Part shown: one piece after another, positions 28,361-38,206 of the stretch
Position numbering within the stretch: the first letter of the stretch is position 1
Layout: each line of letters begins with the position of its first letter
Source of the DNA: an uncultured delta proteobacterium
GTDB taxonomy: Bacteria > Desulfobacterota > Binatia > Binatales > Binataceae
DNA length: 64,000 nucleotides
Direction: 5' to 3'
NCBI GenBank assembly: GCA_963808235.1
Contig: CAWEEQ010000004.1
Coordinates: 2,592,001-2,656,000, forward strand
Notes under the pieces: generated by a model
Database searches by the model: none
What the model was told of the DNA's origin: nothing
Seen by the model: the letters and a program-made list of their open reading frames with translations, nothing else
Made by a program: the position numbers and the translations under genes

Positions 28361-29542
28361 GTGAAGCGAGTAGCCCTAGTCTACGGGGCGCCTGCGGGAG
28401 TCGGTGGCCTTGGCGGTCAAGCTGCGAGCGCAATCCAGGCTTTGGCGATCGATGGCGTGGAACTCCATGCATTCGGCCCCGGCCACGCCGAGCGTTGGCC
28501 TCTCACCTGCGCTACACCTGGTATTTTCTGGCACGAAGCCCCCCGCCCGATTTCGCGCTGGAGAACGCAGTACACCCTGCTGCGATGGCGCCAGGGGCGG
28601 TTGGTATTCGAAAATAGTCGCGCGCTCGGACGCTGGGCGGCCGAGCAAATCGCGCGCCTCAAGCCGGATTGCTGCTACGTTTTCACACAAGTCGGCCTCG
28701 AGTCACTGAAGTGGGCCGCGCGCGCCTCGATTCCGACCGTGCTCGACAATCCGAATGGACATATCCGGAACTTCCGCCGGGTCTATGACCAGGAGTCCGC
28801 GCGATGGTGCGGCGCGTCATTTCATGGACACCCGACTGCGGCGATGGTCGAGCGGGTCGAGAATGAATACCTACTCGCCGGACGGATCCGCGTTTCCTCG
28901 CAATGGGCGAAGCGTTCGATGCTGTCTCATGGTGTGGCCGGCAAGGAGATCGGCGTGTTCGGCCAGCCAGTCGATCTGACCCGATACGCGCCGAACGCAA
29001 CCCCGGCGCAAGCCGAAGGCAGGCTCCGGGTCTGTTATGTGGGCGCTCTGGATCTCCGCAAAGGCTTCGTCTACCTCCTGCGCGCCGCAAAGATGCTCGG
29101 GGCGGATGCTATCGACCTGGAGATCGTCGGAGCAACCGGGGACCGCGCGAGCCGCATACTATTCGAGCACGAATCCGCCGGCGTTAACTTGCGGTGTGCT
29201 CCGGGCGATCCGATCCCGGCGTATCAGCGCGCCGAGCTGTTTGTATTGCCAACCCTCGAGGACGGTTTCGGCTTCGTCGTCGCGGAAGCAATGGCAAGCG
29301 GCCTGCCCGTCGTCGTGACCGACTGTTGCGGCGCGGCGGAGTGGGTGCGGCCGGGCGAGACCGGCTGGGTGGTGCCCGGCGGAGACGCCGAAGCATTGGC
29401 GGGGGCCTTCCGGGACGCGATACGTCGGCGCAAAGATCTTCGTGCGATGGGTCGGCGCGCTCGCTACGACGCGGAGAATCGCGGCGGCCTTCATTGTTCC
29501 GTTGCGCTGCGCCAATGGGTCTTCGGGGAAGCCCGGCACTGA
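28361..29542 (+). CDS. GT4 glycosyltransferase
   Basis: YVGALDLRKG, EDGFGFVVAEAMASGLPVV. Confidence 0.9.
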   Translation: MKRVALVYGAPAGVGGLGGQAASAIQALAIDGVELHAFGPGHAERWPLTCATPGIFWHEAPRPISRWRTQYTLLRWRQGRLVFENSRALGRWAAEQIARLKPDCCYVFTQVGLESLKWAARASIPTVLDNPNGHIRNFRRVYDQESARWCGASFHGHPTAAMVERVENEYLLAGRIRVSSQWAKRSMLSHGVAGKEIGVFGQPVDLTRYAPNATPAQAEGRLRVCYVGALDLRKGFVYLLRAAKMLGADAIDLEIVGATGDRASRILFEHESAGVNLRCAPGDPIPAYQRAELFVLPTLEDGFGFVVAEAMASGLPVVVTDCCGAAEWVRPGETGWVVPGGDAEALAGAFRDAIRRRKDLRAMGRRARYDAENRGGLHCSVALRQWVFGEARH

Positions 29543-29557
29543 GCCGGCGATTTCGCG

Positions 29558-30289
29558 ATGCCAACGCCAGCGTGGAAAAAGCTCGCGCGCATCGTCGCGT
29601 GGCCGCTGAGGTCGGGATGGCCCGACGAAGCGCGATGGGTAGTTCAGGGTCCGATATTCGGTCGCCTGATCAATAGCGCAACCCTCGGCGCGCCGCGCGG
29701 TTTGACGATTCTCAATGCAGGCGCCGGCGAAGGATCGTTTTCCCCGTTGCTGCTTGCGATCCCGGGCGCGGCGCATGTGGTCGAGATGGACTATTCATAC
29801 CGAACCGGTCCGCGCAGTGTCTCTGATACCCGCCAGCACGTGGTGGCCGCGTCGCTGACCAACATTCCGATCAAGTCCGCGTCTTTCGACTTCGTCTTGT
29901 GCAGCGAAGTCCTGGAGCACATCGACGACGACGCCTCGGCTCTCGATGAACTTTGCCGCGTGGTGGCTCCGGGCGGATGGCTGCTGATTTCTGTGCCTAC
30001 GCCGCCGGCGGTTTACGATCCCGACCATGCGCGCGAGGGTTACGCTGCGGCCGATCTGACCCGGATGCTGCGCGACCGCGGACTCGGCGTGGTCGAGGTC
30101 GCCTATTGCATGCACGGCGCTTTCAAACTGGTACTTCGCGGATGGCGCCGGTTCGGCCGTCTGCCGCGAGCTCTCTTGCTTGGCCTCGCGACCTTCGACC
30201 GGTTCTGCCGCATCGGCGCCCCCATGGACCTAATCGTGCTCTCGCGGCTTCCCAGCGGCGATGATCCACGACCCCTCACGAGTCAATAG
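29558..30289 (+). CDS. Class I SAM-dependent methyltransferase
   Basis: LNAGAGEG, FDFVLCSEVLEH, PGGWLLISVP. Confidence 0.88.
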   Translation: MPTPAWKKLARIVAWPLRSGWPDEARWVVQGPIFGRLINSATLGAPRGLTILNAGAGEGSFSPLLLAIPGAAHVVEMDYSYRTGPRSVSDTRQHVVAASLTNIPIKSASFDFVLCSEVLEHIDDDASALDELCRVVAPGGWLLISVPTPPAVYDPDHAREGYAAADLTRMLRDRGLGVVEVAYCMHGAFKLVLRGWRRFGRLPRALLLGLATFDRFCRIGAPMDLIVLSRLPSGDDPRPLTSQ

Positions 30290-33200
30290 CCTTCCACGAT
30301 TACCCAGCCCGTTTTCGTCGCGCTCATCGAGGCCGGTAGGGTCAGCGCCGTTGTCGAGGCGGTCGAGCCACCCGAGTCGTCGGCGGTGATCTTCGGCACG
30401 TTCGCGAATGCGATGGGATAGGTGATCGTCTGTGCTGTCGCGGTCGTGTTCTCATACCCGTTAAGAAAGACCACGACCTTCTTCACACTCGAGTCCATCG
30501 CCGGCTGGGACCATACCGCTGTCCCCGCCGTCGTTCCGTTGAGCGTCGTCTGGGTGCGGGTGCTGCCGCCAATCACCTGATATGGAACTCCCGCGCTGGT
30601 AAAGCTATTGCCGGATGGCGGCGTGGTAAGGTGAGCCTCGAAGGTCACGTTATCGAAAACCACCGCGCCGAAGATCGGCGGCGTACCGGTCAGGTTCGTG
30701 CCGTCAACGTAAGGGCCGGTGCCCGATACGTGCGTCATCTCGCCGTTGTGAATGCCAATTCCGCCAAGGATCTGACCGTCAAGCGTGATCACCGGGGCGT
30801 TGAAAGAGGCAAGCGAGCTATTCGACACTGACAGCCACGGCCCGGTAGGTTGGAGCATGTTCGGCACTTCGACAACTGTGAAGGTGCCGCCATTCTCGGA
30901 ATCGATCGAAGTCGAATCGACGTGCAGCCAACCAGGATCGATAATCGCCCACTTGGTGCTCGACGGGGTCAGAAAATATGAACCGCTGACGAGCGGGCCG
31001 TTGGTCTCGATACACGCACTGCCACAGGTGAAATTCAGATTGTAGAGCGGAGTCAGGCCGCCGTTTACCGACATGGCAATGGCAGCTCCGGGAGCTCCCG
31101 GGCCGCCGAACAGATTTCGCCCCGAGCCGCCGTAGTCGTTGATCTGATCGAGCATCAGACCGTATTGCGCGCCGTTAAAGCCGATGTTCTCCAGTTGCGG
31201 CGCGGTTACGTTGGCAATCAGGTTGAAGCTGCCGCCCGAGATCGTCAGGTCCTTGATATGCGGCTGATTGCCGCCCGCGTTACCCAGCCCGAAATTTCGC
31301 ATCATCATCCACGGCTGATCTTGCGCCGTCGACGCGAGGTTGCCACCGGCCAGGAAATATCCTTCCGGACTTACCAACGGCAGGCTGGTGTTACTCCAGT
31401 TTTCAAGCAGGACCGTGTTTGCATCGTTTGCCAGCTTCGAATTTGGCGCCGTGCAGCCACCAGAGTCGTTGGTGCATCGAGCGGAGTTGCTGAGTCGGAC
31501 CGAGTCCATCTTGCCCTGAAAATTCTCCTGCGGAACCAGCAGATGCCAATATTCCACGTCAGAGCCAAGCACCAGGTCCTCATCGACGCGCTGTGACACC
31601 GTGCCAGTCATCGCAATCTTGCCGTCTGAAGTGAGTGCCGCTCCGGGGATGGCGTGGTAGAACCGGGCATTGGAGCCGTCGTAGGAGAGTTGATAGTAGT
31701 AAGTCGTGTTCGCTGATAGTGCGGCGGCAGTCTTGAACGTGCTCGCGCCGACCCATCCCGTAGTGCTGGTATGAAAACGCGCTTTCAGCTTGCTGTCAGC
31801 GCCATCCCAGAACACTTCAAACGCACCCTTGCAACTTGGTGGACTTGCGCCGTCGCTCGGAAACTGACTGCATCCCGTCGCGACCGGCGCCACCGCTCCC
31901 AGGCTGCCGATCAGCATCTGCGTCGCACCAGCGTTCGTCGTCGTGAAGAAGCCCTCCGCCGTGAACGCTGCAAGACCGTTCAACGCGCGATTACCCAGCG
32001 CCTCGTCAGCGTCAAACAACACGGAGCCGGTGCCGAAGTTGAACGAATTGCCGCTGCCAACGAGTGCCGGGGCAAGACCCGCTCCACCGGCGTTACTCAT
32101 AACAGCCGGTGGCGCGAGGACCATCGTCGGCATCACGGAACGCCTTCGGCACGGCAGAATCGTCGTCTCCAGCCGCCCCGCGCCTAGCACGTCGGGAAGA
32201 TTCGGGTTGCTCGCGCAAGTGTGAAACCACGGCTGCGCGCACACCTGGTAAGACCCGGCAGGGAGACAAACCGGCACTCCCTTCGCGCAAGCGTCGAGGC
32301 TCGCCGCGTCGAGAGCCGCATAGGAATCATTGGCGCCGGTAGGATCGGCGCCGTACTTTGGATCGACCGGGTTAACACAATTATTTACATCGAAGCCGGT
32401 TAGCGGACTGGAGAGCTGCGAATAGTTAGCTGAGTTGGTAGAGCGCAGAGAAGTTAAGGTCATCGGCTGATCTTGTACCGCGACATTCTCCGGCGCCGAC
32501 GCGACCGGCAGAATTGCGATCTGCGCGACTCCCCATGCGCCGCTGCCGATTGCCCTGCCCGTCGCGGTCGCGGGAGCGGTGTTGTACGACCAGCAAAACT
32601 CATTGCCCATGTTGGCAATTCCGGTGTTCGAGGCCGGAGCAGTAAGGGCTAGCGGCGGATTTTGCTGGGAGGCACATACGATCATGAGATCTTTGGAGTT
32701 CGTCGTGACCGGTGCTGCCTGACTGAAGGTTGTCGATGACGCTATCGTGCTGCCGGAACTTACATCAGGCAGCCCTGCCTGGCCCAAGTCCATCAGAACT
32801 CCAAAGCCGAAGGTCGCGACAGAGTAGCCGACCGTGTAAGTCGATGGTTCGCTGGCGGTTGCTACTTTGTAAAAGCAGTTGTGAGTCTGGCCGTTGCCCT
32901 GGTCCTGCCGGATTTGCGTGAACGATGCCGGCGGAGTCACCGTCTCCGTCCCGGTTGGCATCCCGGAGCAGAACAGAAGCAAGTCTCCCTGGACTGTGTT
33001 GCTCGGCTTGTTAGCCGTACAACTTGTCGTATTGCCAGTTTGACAAGTAGTCGCGCCGGGCCTGATGAAAGGCTGCAGCCAGGTACCGAGCTGAGCACCA
33101 ACCTGGCCGAACGCTAGCGCATCTCCAAACGAAGTTGCGCTGGCCAGGTTGGTGACTTTGTGCGCGTTGAAGTTCACGTCGGCAATCGGACTCAGGCTGC

Positions 33201-33561
33201 CTACTCCGCACGTCCACTGCCCGTTTTGTCCCATCGCCCAGGCGCCGTTTCCGCCAGCCGCGCAGGGAATGGTCTTCGTGCAGTTGTTGCAGTAGATAAG
33301 CGTGCCATCTTGTTCGGCCGGAAAACTCGCAAATGCCACGTTGACGATTGTCGGCGCGATCGGCTGGATGCCGGAGAGGCGGTCGTTGATTGCCTGGCGG
33401 AATTGCAAGCCCGCGCCGACTCCGGTGAAGTTTGGGATCGGCTGGTATGCTCCGGGTGGCGGCAGGTTCTGCGCCTTGACGAGGCTTGCCAGGAGAATCC
33501 AGATTGCGAGCGCCAGAATTGGAGCACCGAACGCGCGCCCGAAGAACCTTCTGAAATCCAT
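30283..33561 (-). CDS. Large secreted mosaic protein: pectate-lyase-like beta-helix + LamG-like + tail-fibre-like motifs (tailspike-like)
   Basis: Signal peptide ending VKA-Q; YGADPTGANDSYAAL..LPAGSY beta-helix cap; FQGKMDSVRLSN..DANTVLL LamG-like; TITYPIAFANVP C-terminus; start ATG 33561. Confidence 0.65.
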   Translation of the reverse strand: MDFRRFFGRAFGAPILALAIWILLASLVKAQNLPPPGAYQPIPNFTGVGAGLQFRQAINDRLSGIQPIAPTIVNVAFASFPAEQDGTLIYCNNCTKTIPCAAGGNGAWAMGQNGQWTCGVGSLSPIADVNFNAHKVTNLASATSFGDALAFGQVGAQLGTWLQPFIRPGATTCQTGNTTSCTANKPSNTVQGDLLLFCSGMPTGTETVTPPASFTQIRQDQGNGQTHNCFYKVATASEPSTYTVGYSVATFGFGVLMDLGQAGLPDVSSGSTIASSTTFSQAAPVTTNSKDLMIVCASQQNPPLALTAPASNTGIANMGNEFCWSYNTAPATATGRAIGSGAWGVAQIAILPVASAPENVAVQDQPMTLTSLRSTNSANYSQLSSPLTGFDVNNCVNPVDPKYGADPTGANDSYAALDAASLDACAKGVPVCLPAGSYQVCAQPWFHTCASNPNLPDVLGAGRLETTILPCRRRSVMPTMVLAPPAVMSNAGGAGLAPALVGSGNSFNFGTGSVLFDADEALGNRALNGLAAFTAEGFFTTTNAGATQMLIGSLGAVAPVATGCSQFPSDGASPPSCKGAFEVFWDGADSKLKARFHTSTTGWVGASTFKTAAALSANTTYYYQLSYDGSNARFYHAIPGAALTSDGKIAMTGTVSQRVDEDLVLGSDVEYWHLLVPQENFQGKMDSVRLSNSARCTNDSGGCTAPNSKLANDANTVLLENWSNTSLPLVSPEGYFLAGGNLASTAQDQPWMMMRNFGLGNAGGNQPHIKDLTISGGSFNLIANVTAPQLENIGFNGAQYGLMLDQINDYGGSGRNLFGGPGAPGAAIAMSVNGGLTPLYNLNFTCGSACIETNGPLVSGSYFLTPSSTKWAIIDPGWLHVDSTSIDSENGGTFTVVEVPNMLQPTGPWLSVSNSSLASFNAPVITLDGQILGGIGIHNGEMTHVSGTGPYVDGTNLTGTPPIFGAVVFDNVTFEAHLTTPPSGNSFTSAGVPYQVIGGSTRTQTTLNGTTAGTAVWSQPAMDSSVKKVVVFLNGYENTTATAQTITYPIAFANVPKITADDSGGSTASTTALTLPASMSATKTGWVIVEGY

Positions 33562-33686
33562 CCAATCTCTCCCGCGCACGGACGCGCGTTGATATTCGAG
33601 GCACCGCCGGCCCGACCTGGCGGAGATGCTTCTGCCGGTCATTGTGGCTCGGAAAACCGGGGAGCGTAAGGCTGAACAGTTCATCC

Positions 33687-34907
33687 CTAAGGAATTTTGG
33701 CGGAGGCCGACAAAATGTCGAGGAGGCGGGCTAAATGGGAGCTCAATTCGAATTGTGACGCCAATCGGAATGCGCCTTCGCGCAGTTGGCTGAAATGCGG
33801 TTCGTCGCGCACGCATTGGGCTATTGCGCCGGCCAATTTGTCGGGGCGGGCGGGATGCGCGTCGGCAAGATGGCCGTTGACTCCGTCATGAAGCCACTCG
33901 GGGATGCCGCCGACGGCAAATGCCGCGGCCGGAACGCGGTGCAGCCCTGCTTCCGGACCGGTCAGTCCAAACGGTTCCGGCCAGACACTCGGGACGACCA
34001 GCAGATCGGAGTTGTCGAAGGCAGCGGCCAGGTCCGCCGACTCGAGGATGGGGTGAAAAACAATTTTCAGGCTGGAATTCTGCCGCATGATCTCGGTCGC
34101 CAAGATTTGCGACGCCACTTTCGCTTGTCCTTCGCCAACAAGATCCAGTTGGATTGAGCGGCCGCCGACCTGTGACGCTATGATCGGCAATGCACGGAGC
34201 AAGACCTCTGCGCCTTTTTCGAACACCATTCGGCCGGCGAAGAGCAATTTGAGTTGGACGCTGCGATCGGCGGCCGTTCTCGAGGATGGCACGCTCGATT
34301 TGTGCTCGGTAATTGGCAGACGCACGAGATGGACCGAGCCGGCGGAGAGTCCGTGCTTCAGGTACTCGCGACGCATGTGCTCGCTGCCCACAATGATCGC
34401 GCGATAGCGGCCAAGGTTGCGAAGCCTGGTTTCCTGTTGGCGATAATCATTCCACATCGTCACGGGATTCAAGCCGCCGCATCGGCGCGGGTAGTAGTAG
34501 GCCAGGCAAGCCGCGCCGAAGCGCCGGTCGCATGGTTCGAAAGCGGGAATCCGGAAACTCTTACGCCCGCTGATGCAGGTTCCCGAGTAAACGTGTGCGT
34601 AGAAGACCGCGGGAGCAATCGCCAGCAACTGAGTTTCGATAGCAGGATCCTGGATGCCATTGACGTAGATCACATCCGGACGCCAGTCGCGAAGCGCGGC
34701 GAGTGCGGCGGGCGCACCCAGCTCAACAATGCACCAGATGGGCACGTCGTTTGAGGCGATTATCGGCGGGCGCGTGTCGACGCCGCCATTCTCGGAGAAT
34801 AGTGCGACTTCGCAACCGTGCTGGCGCATCTCTGGCGCCAATCGTTGAAGGTAGGTCTCGACGCCGCCGGCCATGCGATAGGAGCAGTTGACAATAGCTA
34901 CTCGCAA
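33687..34907 (-). CDS. GT4 glycosyltransferase
   Basis: AGGVETY, FAGRMVFEKG, WPEPFGLTGPEA. Confidence 0.88.
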   Translation of the reverse strand: MRVAIVNCSYRMAGGVETYLQRLAPEMRQHGCEVALFSENGGVDTRPPIIASNDVPIWCIVELGAPAALAALRDWRPDVIYVNGIQDPAIETQLLAIAPAVFYAHVYSGTCISGRKSFRIPAFEPCDRRFGAACLAYYYPRRCGGLNPVTMWNDYRQQETRLRNLGRYRAIIVGSEHMRREYLKHGLSAGSVHLVRLPITEHKSSVPSSRTAADRSVQLKLLFAGRMVFEKGAEVLLRALPIIASQVGGRSIQLDLVGEGQAKVASQILATEIMRQNSSLKIVFHPILESADLAAAFDNSDLLVVPSVWPEPFGLTGPEAGLHRVPAAAFAVGGIPEWLHDGVNGHLADAHPARPDKLAGAIAQCVRDEPHFSQLREGAFRLASQFELSSHLARLLDILSASAKIP

Positions 34908-34911
34908 AGGG

Positions 34912-35622
34912 CTACCGATGCTGCTTAGCGACGCTAGCGATATACAGCAGCTGCCAGCCGAAGAGTCCCGGCAAGTAGCTGGTCGCGAAGCGATCCAGGG
35001 CTGCTACCGTCTGTGAAGGAAGGTTCAATTTTCGCGCCAGGGGGAATATGCCTTCTACCGTGGCGGTCGAAACCTGAAAGCCGTTTGACTCCAAAAGCCT
35101 TCTGCCCGAAGCGAAGGTATAGAACCGCACGTGGGTGGTGTCCATGATCCCGCCTTCCTCGTACTCGAATTTTCCGAGCAGGAAACTCAGGCGATAGCGC
35201 CAGCTCACGACGTTCGGCAACGCAACGGCGACGATGCCTCCCGACGCCAGCACGCGATGCAAATCGCCAAGAACTCGAGCTGGATTGCGCAGGTGTTCGA
35301 GCACATGGGAGAGGACCACCAAATCGTAACCGTCGCTGACTGCGGGTGGGAGTCCTGATTCGAGATCCGCGATAATAACTGTCTTACAAGTTCGCGAGGC
35401 TTTGGATTGCTCTTCGGGACTGATCGTTATGCCGTCAACCATCCATCCGCGGCTGGAAAGGATGCGGGCGTTGTCGCCGGCGCCGCAGCCGCAATCGAGC
35501 GCGTGGCCTGCCGGCTTCGACTTGATCAGATCAAGCAGTGCGAGATTGCCGGTGTTCTCATAGATGCGATTTGCGCAGTCTCTGTTTGCGCTAGATCCCG
35601 CGGTCTCATCCGGCCCGCGCAT
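34912..35622 (-). CDS. Class I SAM-dependent methyltransferase
   Basis: LDCGCGAG, YDLVVLSHVLEH, ALPN, GIMDTTHVRFYT; start ATG 35622. Confidence 0.88.
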   Translation of the reverse strand: MRGPDETAGSSANRDCANRIYENTGNLALLDLIKSKPAGHALDCGCGAGDNARILSSRGWMVDGITISPEEQSKASRTCKTVIIADLESGLPPAVSDGYDLVVLSHVLEHLRNPARVLGDLHRVLASGGIVAVALPNVVSWRYRLSFLLGKFEYEEGGIMDTTHVRFYTFASGRRLLESNGFQVSTATVEGIFPLARKLNLPSQTVAALDRFATSYLPGLFGWQLLYIASVAKQHR

Positions 35623-36526
35623 CGGTTCTCCACCATTTGATAGACTCAGCGATGCCGCCTTGCAGCGTCCATCGCGGGTTCCATCCAACTTCTTCGCGCA
35701 CTTTGCGGGTATCGGCACAAACCACAGGAGGATCGCCGGGCGCCGACTCGATGGCACCGAATTCGATCTGAGCGGGCTGGTGGCTTTGCGTCTCGATCTG
35801 CCGCGCGATCTCTTCGACGATGGAGCGAATTGTAATCGCCTCGCCAGATCCAATGTTGATTGCGCCGTTCGACGAGCTATCCAACAGCGCAACGAAAGCT
35901 TCGGCAACATCCGCGACGTAGAGGAAATCGCGCATCTGACGCCCGTGACTGCATCGCGCTTTCTCACCCCGCAGCAAGGAAGTTATTACTGAGGGGACCA
36001 GCCGTTCGCGAGCCTCGCGCGGACCGTAAAGGTAGAAGACCCGGCCCCATGCGGCGCTGACTCCCGCGCGGGCGGAAAATTCCATGACGTTGCGGCGGAG
36101 ACTATCTTTGCAGGTTCCGTAGAGTGTCGAAGGAGCGGTAGGAGTTAGATCCTCAGAGCAGGTACCGCGGCCAAGATCGTATTCGAAGCAGGAGCCCGCA
36201 AAGACCGCACGCTTACCGCCGTTCTCCGCGAATTCCTTGAGCAGGCACATCCCGGCCTCGCACCACCGGAGATTTTCGCGCGACTCGCGATAGTCGCGCG
36301 GCTGCGCGTACCAGGCGAGATGAAGCAGATGAGTCGGGCTCACTTCGCGCACCAGATTGGCGATAGCTGACGGTTCGAGGAGATCGGCGCGATGCCATTC
36401 GACGCCATCGACCTCGCGACGATTTTTGAGCCACGCCGCATGAACCTCGTAACCCTTGCTTTGAAGGACATCCAGGCTGTGGCTTCCGATGAAACCGCTC
36501 GCACCGGTAACCAAGACGCGTCTCAT
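35606..36526 (-). CDS. NAD(P)-dependent sugar-nucleotide epimerase/4-reductase (extended SDR)
   Basis: VTGASGFIG, HLAW, GSCFEY, YGTCK, RDFLYV; follows rfbF-rfbG-epimerase. Confidence 0.85.
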   Translation of the reverse strand: MRRVLVTGASGFIGSHSLDVLQSKGYEVHAAWLKNRREVDGVEWHRADLLEPSAIANLVREVSPTHLLHLAWYAQPRDYRESRENLRWCEAGMCLLKEFAENGGKRAVFAGSCFEYDLGRGTCSEDLTPTAPSTLYGTCKDSLRRNVMEFSARAGVSAAWGRVFYLYGPREARERLVPSVITSLLRGEKARCSHGRQMRDFLYVADVAEAFVALLDSSSNGAINIGSGEAITIRSIVEEIARQIETQSHQPAQIEFGAIESAPGDPPVVCADTRKVREEVGWNPRWTLQGGIAESIKWWRTDARAG

Positions 36527-37053
36527 GAGACAAAATCCGGATGACTGCTATCTTTGGATGAGATCACTTCGGGTCGCATCGGCCACAGAATGTTGAAGGC
36601 CGGATCGTTCCATCGGACGGCGCGCTCGGACTCGGGAGAATAAAATGCCGAGACCTGGTACAAAATCTCACAGTTGTCAGTCAGAGTGAGATAGCCGTGT
36701 GCGAATCCGGCGGGCACATAGAGCATCCGGCGGTTCTCAGCGTCGAGCTGAAGACCTATCCAGTCCCGGTAACTGGGTGAGGCCGTTCTGAGATCGACGA
36801 CCACGTCGTATATAGCACCGCGGACGCATCGCACCAGCTTAGTCTCCTCGTTGGGCCTGACCTGGTAGTGCATACCGCGCAGGGTGCCGCGCTGACTGTT
36901 AAAGGATAGATTGCTTTGCACGAAGTCGGTGGCCAGGCCATGCGCGGCGAATTCATTGCGGCAGAATGCTCGTGCAAAGAATCCACGCTCGTCGTCTTTG
37001 CGCTCGAGGTCAATCAGGTAAGCGTCCTTCAATTTGCACGCGGTGAAAATCAC
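36523..37053 (-). CDS. rfbC: dTDP-4-dehydrorhamnose 3,5-epimerase (RmlC) family
   Basis: DERGFFAR, GTLRGMHYQ, KLVRC..GAIYDVVVDLR, GFAHGY. Confidence 0.9.
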   Translation of the reverse strand: MIFTACKLKDAYLIDLERKDDERGFFARAFCRNEFAAHGLATDFVQSNLSFNSQRGTLRGMHYQVRPNEETKLVRCVRGAIYDVVVDLRTASPSYRDWIGLQLDAENRRMLYVPAGFAHGYLTLTDNCEILYQVSAFYSPESERAVRWNDPAFNILWPMRPEVISSKDSSHPDFVS

Positions 37054-38159
37054 TTAAGTGTCGTGCCAGCGCCGACGCTCGTGTCAGCGGGCGCGTGAAG
37101 TAGCTCCTCATATAGTAGTAGCTGCTGCACGGTAAGTTGGCGCATAGCTGATGCGGGACGGATAGCCGCCTCGCGATACCACTGCACGGTAAGACGAACC
37201 GCGTCGCGAAGCTTCAGCCGAGGCTGCCATGGCAAGCGCGTCCGGGCGCGCTCGGAATCGAGGCCCAAGTATGGCGACTCATGTAAGCCGTCGGACTGGG
37301 GCTCTGCGCGCCAGGATCCATCACCCCATTCATGAATAAGCATCTTGACCAGGTCGGATACGCTGACAGCGTCGCCCTCGTCCGGCCCGAAATTCCAGGC
37401 GCCACTCCATTGCTTACCGTCCACAGATAGCCGCTGCGCAAGGATAAGGTATCCCGAAAGCGGCTCCAGGACGTGCTGCCAGGGCCGGACCGCACCGGGA
37501 TTGCGGACGACCAGCGTCTCTTTGCGACTCAGCGCGCGGATCGCATCGGGAACGATGCGATCAGGCGCCAGGTCGCCACCGCCGATCACGTTTCCCGCTC
37601 GCGCCGTGGCGATAGCGATAACGCGTTCCGCGCTCTCGAAGAAAGATCGCGTATAAGCGTGCGTGACCAGTTCAGCACATGCCTTGCTCGCGCTGTAAGG
37701 GTCCGAGCCTCCCAGGCGATCGTTTTCGCGGTAGCTTTTGGGAGCACTTTGATTCTCGTAGCACTTGTCGCTGGTGACAATCACCGCGGAACGAACAGAC
37801 GGGCATCCGCGAATAGCTTCAAGCACGTTGACCGTACCGATCACGTTCGTTTCGAAGGTGGCGGCAGGCTCGCGATAGGAGCGACGGACGAGCGATTGAG
37901 CAGCAAGGTGAAACACCACTTCGGCTTTGCTCGCTTCCAGCGCGCGTCTTACGACCGACGCATCGCGCACGTCGCCGATGCTCGAATGAATGACTTCCTC
38001 AAGCCCGCATGCATCATAGAAGCTGTTCGGCACTTCAGGGGGCAGCGCCAATCCATACACATCGGCACCCATCTCGCTCAGCCAAAGAGCAAGCCATCCG
38101 CCCTTGAACCCGGTATGGCCGGTGAGTAGTACGCGACGTCCGCGCCAGAAATTAATCAT
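37050..38159 (-). CDS. rfbG: CDP-glucose 4,6-dehydratase
   Basis: LTGHTGFKGGWL, HLAAQSLVR, TSDKCYEN, DPYSASK, RAGNVIGGGD, RPWQHVLEPL. Confidence 0.95.
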   Translation of the reverse strand: MINFWRGRRVLLTGHTGFKGGWLALWLSEMGADVYGLALPPEVPNSFYDACGLEEVIHSSIGDVRDASVVRRALEASKAEVVFHLAAQSLVRRSYREPAATFETNVIGTVNVLEAIRGCPSVRSAVIVTSDKCYENQSAPKSYRENDRLGGSDPYSASKACAELVTHAYTRSFFESAERVIAIATARAGNVIGGGDLAPDRIVPDAIRALSRKETLVVRNPGAVRPWQHVLEPLSGYLILAQRLSVDGKQWSGAWNFGPDEGDAVSVSDLVKMLIHEWGDGSWRAEPQSDGLHESPYLGLDSERARTRLPWQPRLKLRDAVRLTVQWYREAAIRPASAMRQLTVQQLLLYEELLHAPADTSVGAGTTLK

Positions 38160-38206
38160 TACAAAAGGCCAGCGTTTGCATTATATAAGGCCAGCGTTCG
38201 GATGGG

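Noticed and set aside
30283-33561. Prophage remnant
   Set aside because: No integrase, capsid, terminase or other tail genes are nearby; the ORF is intact and has a signal peptide
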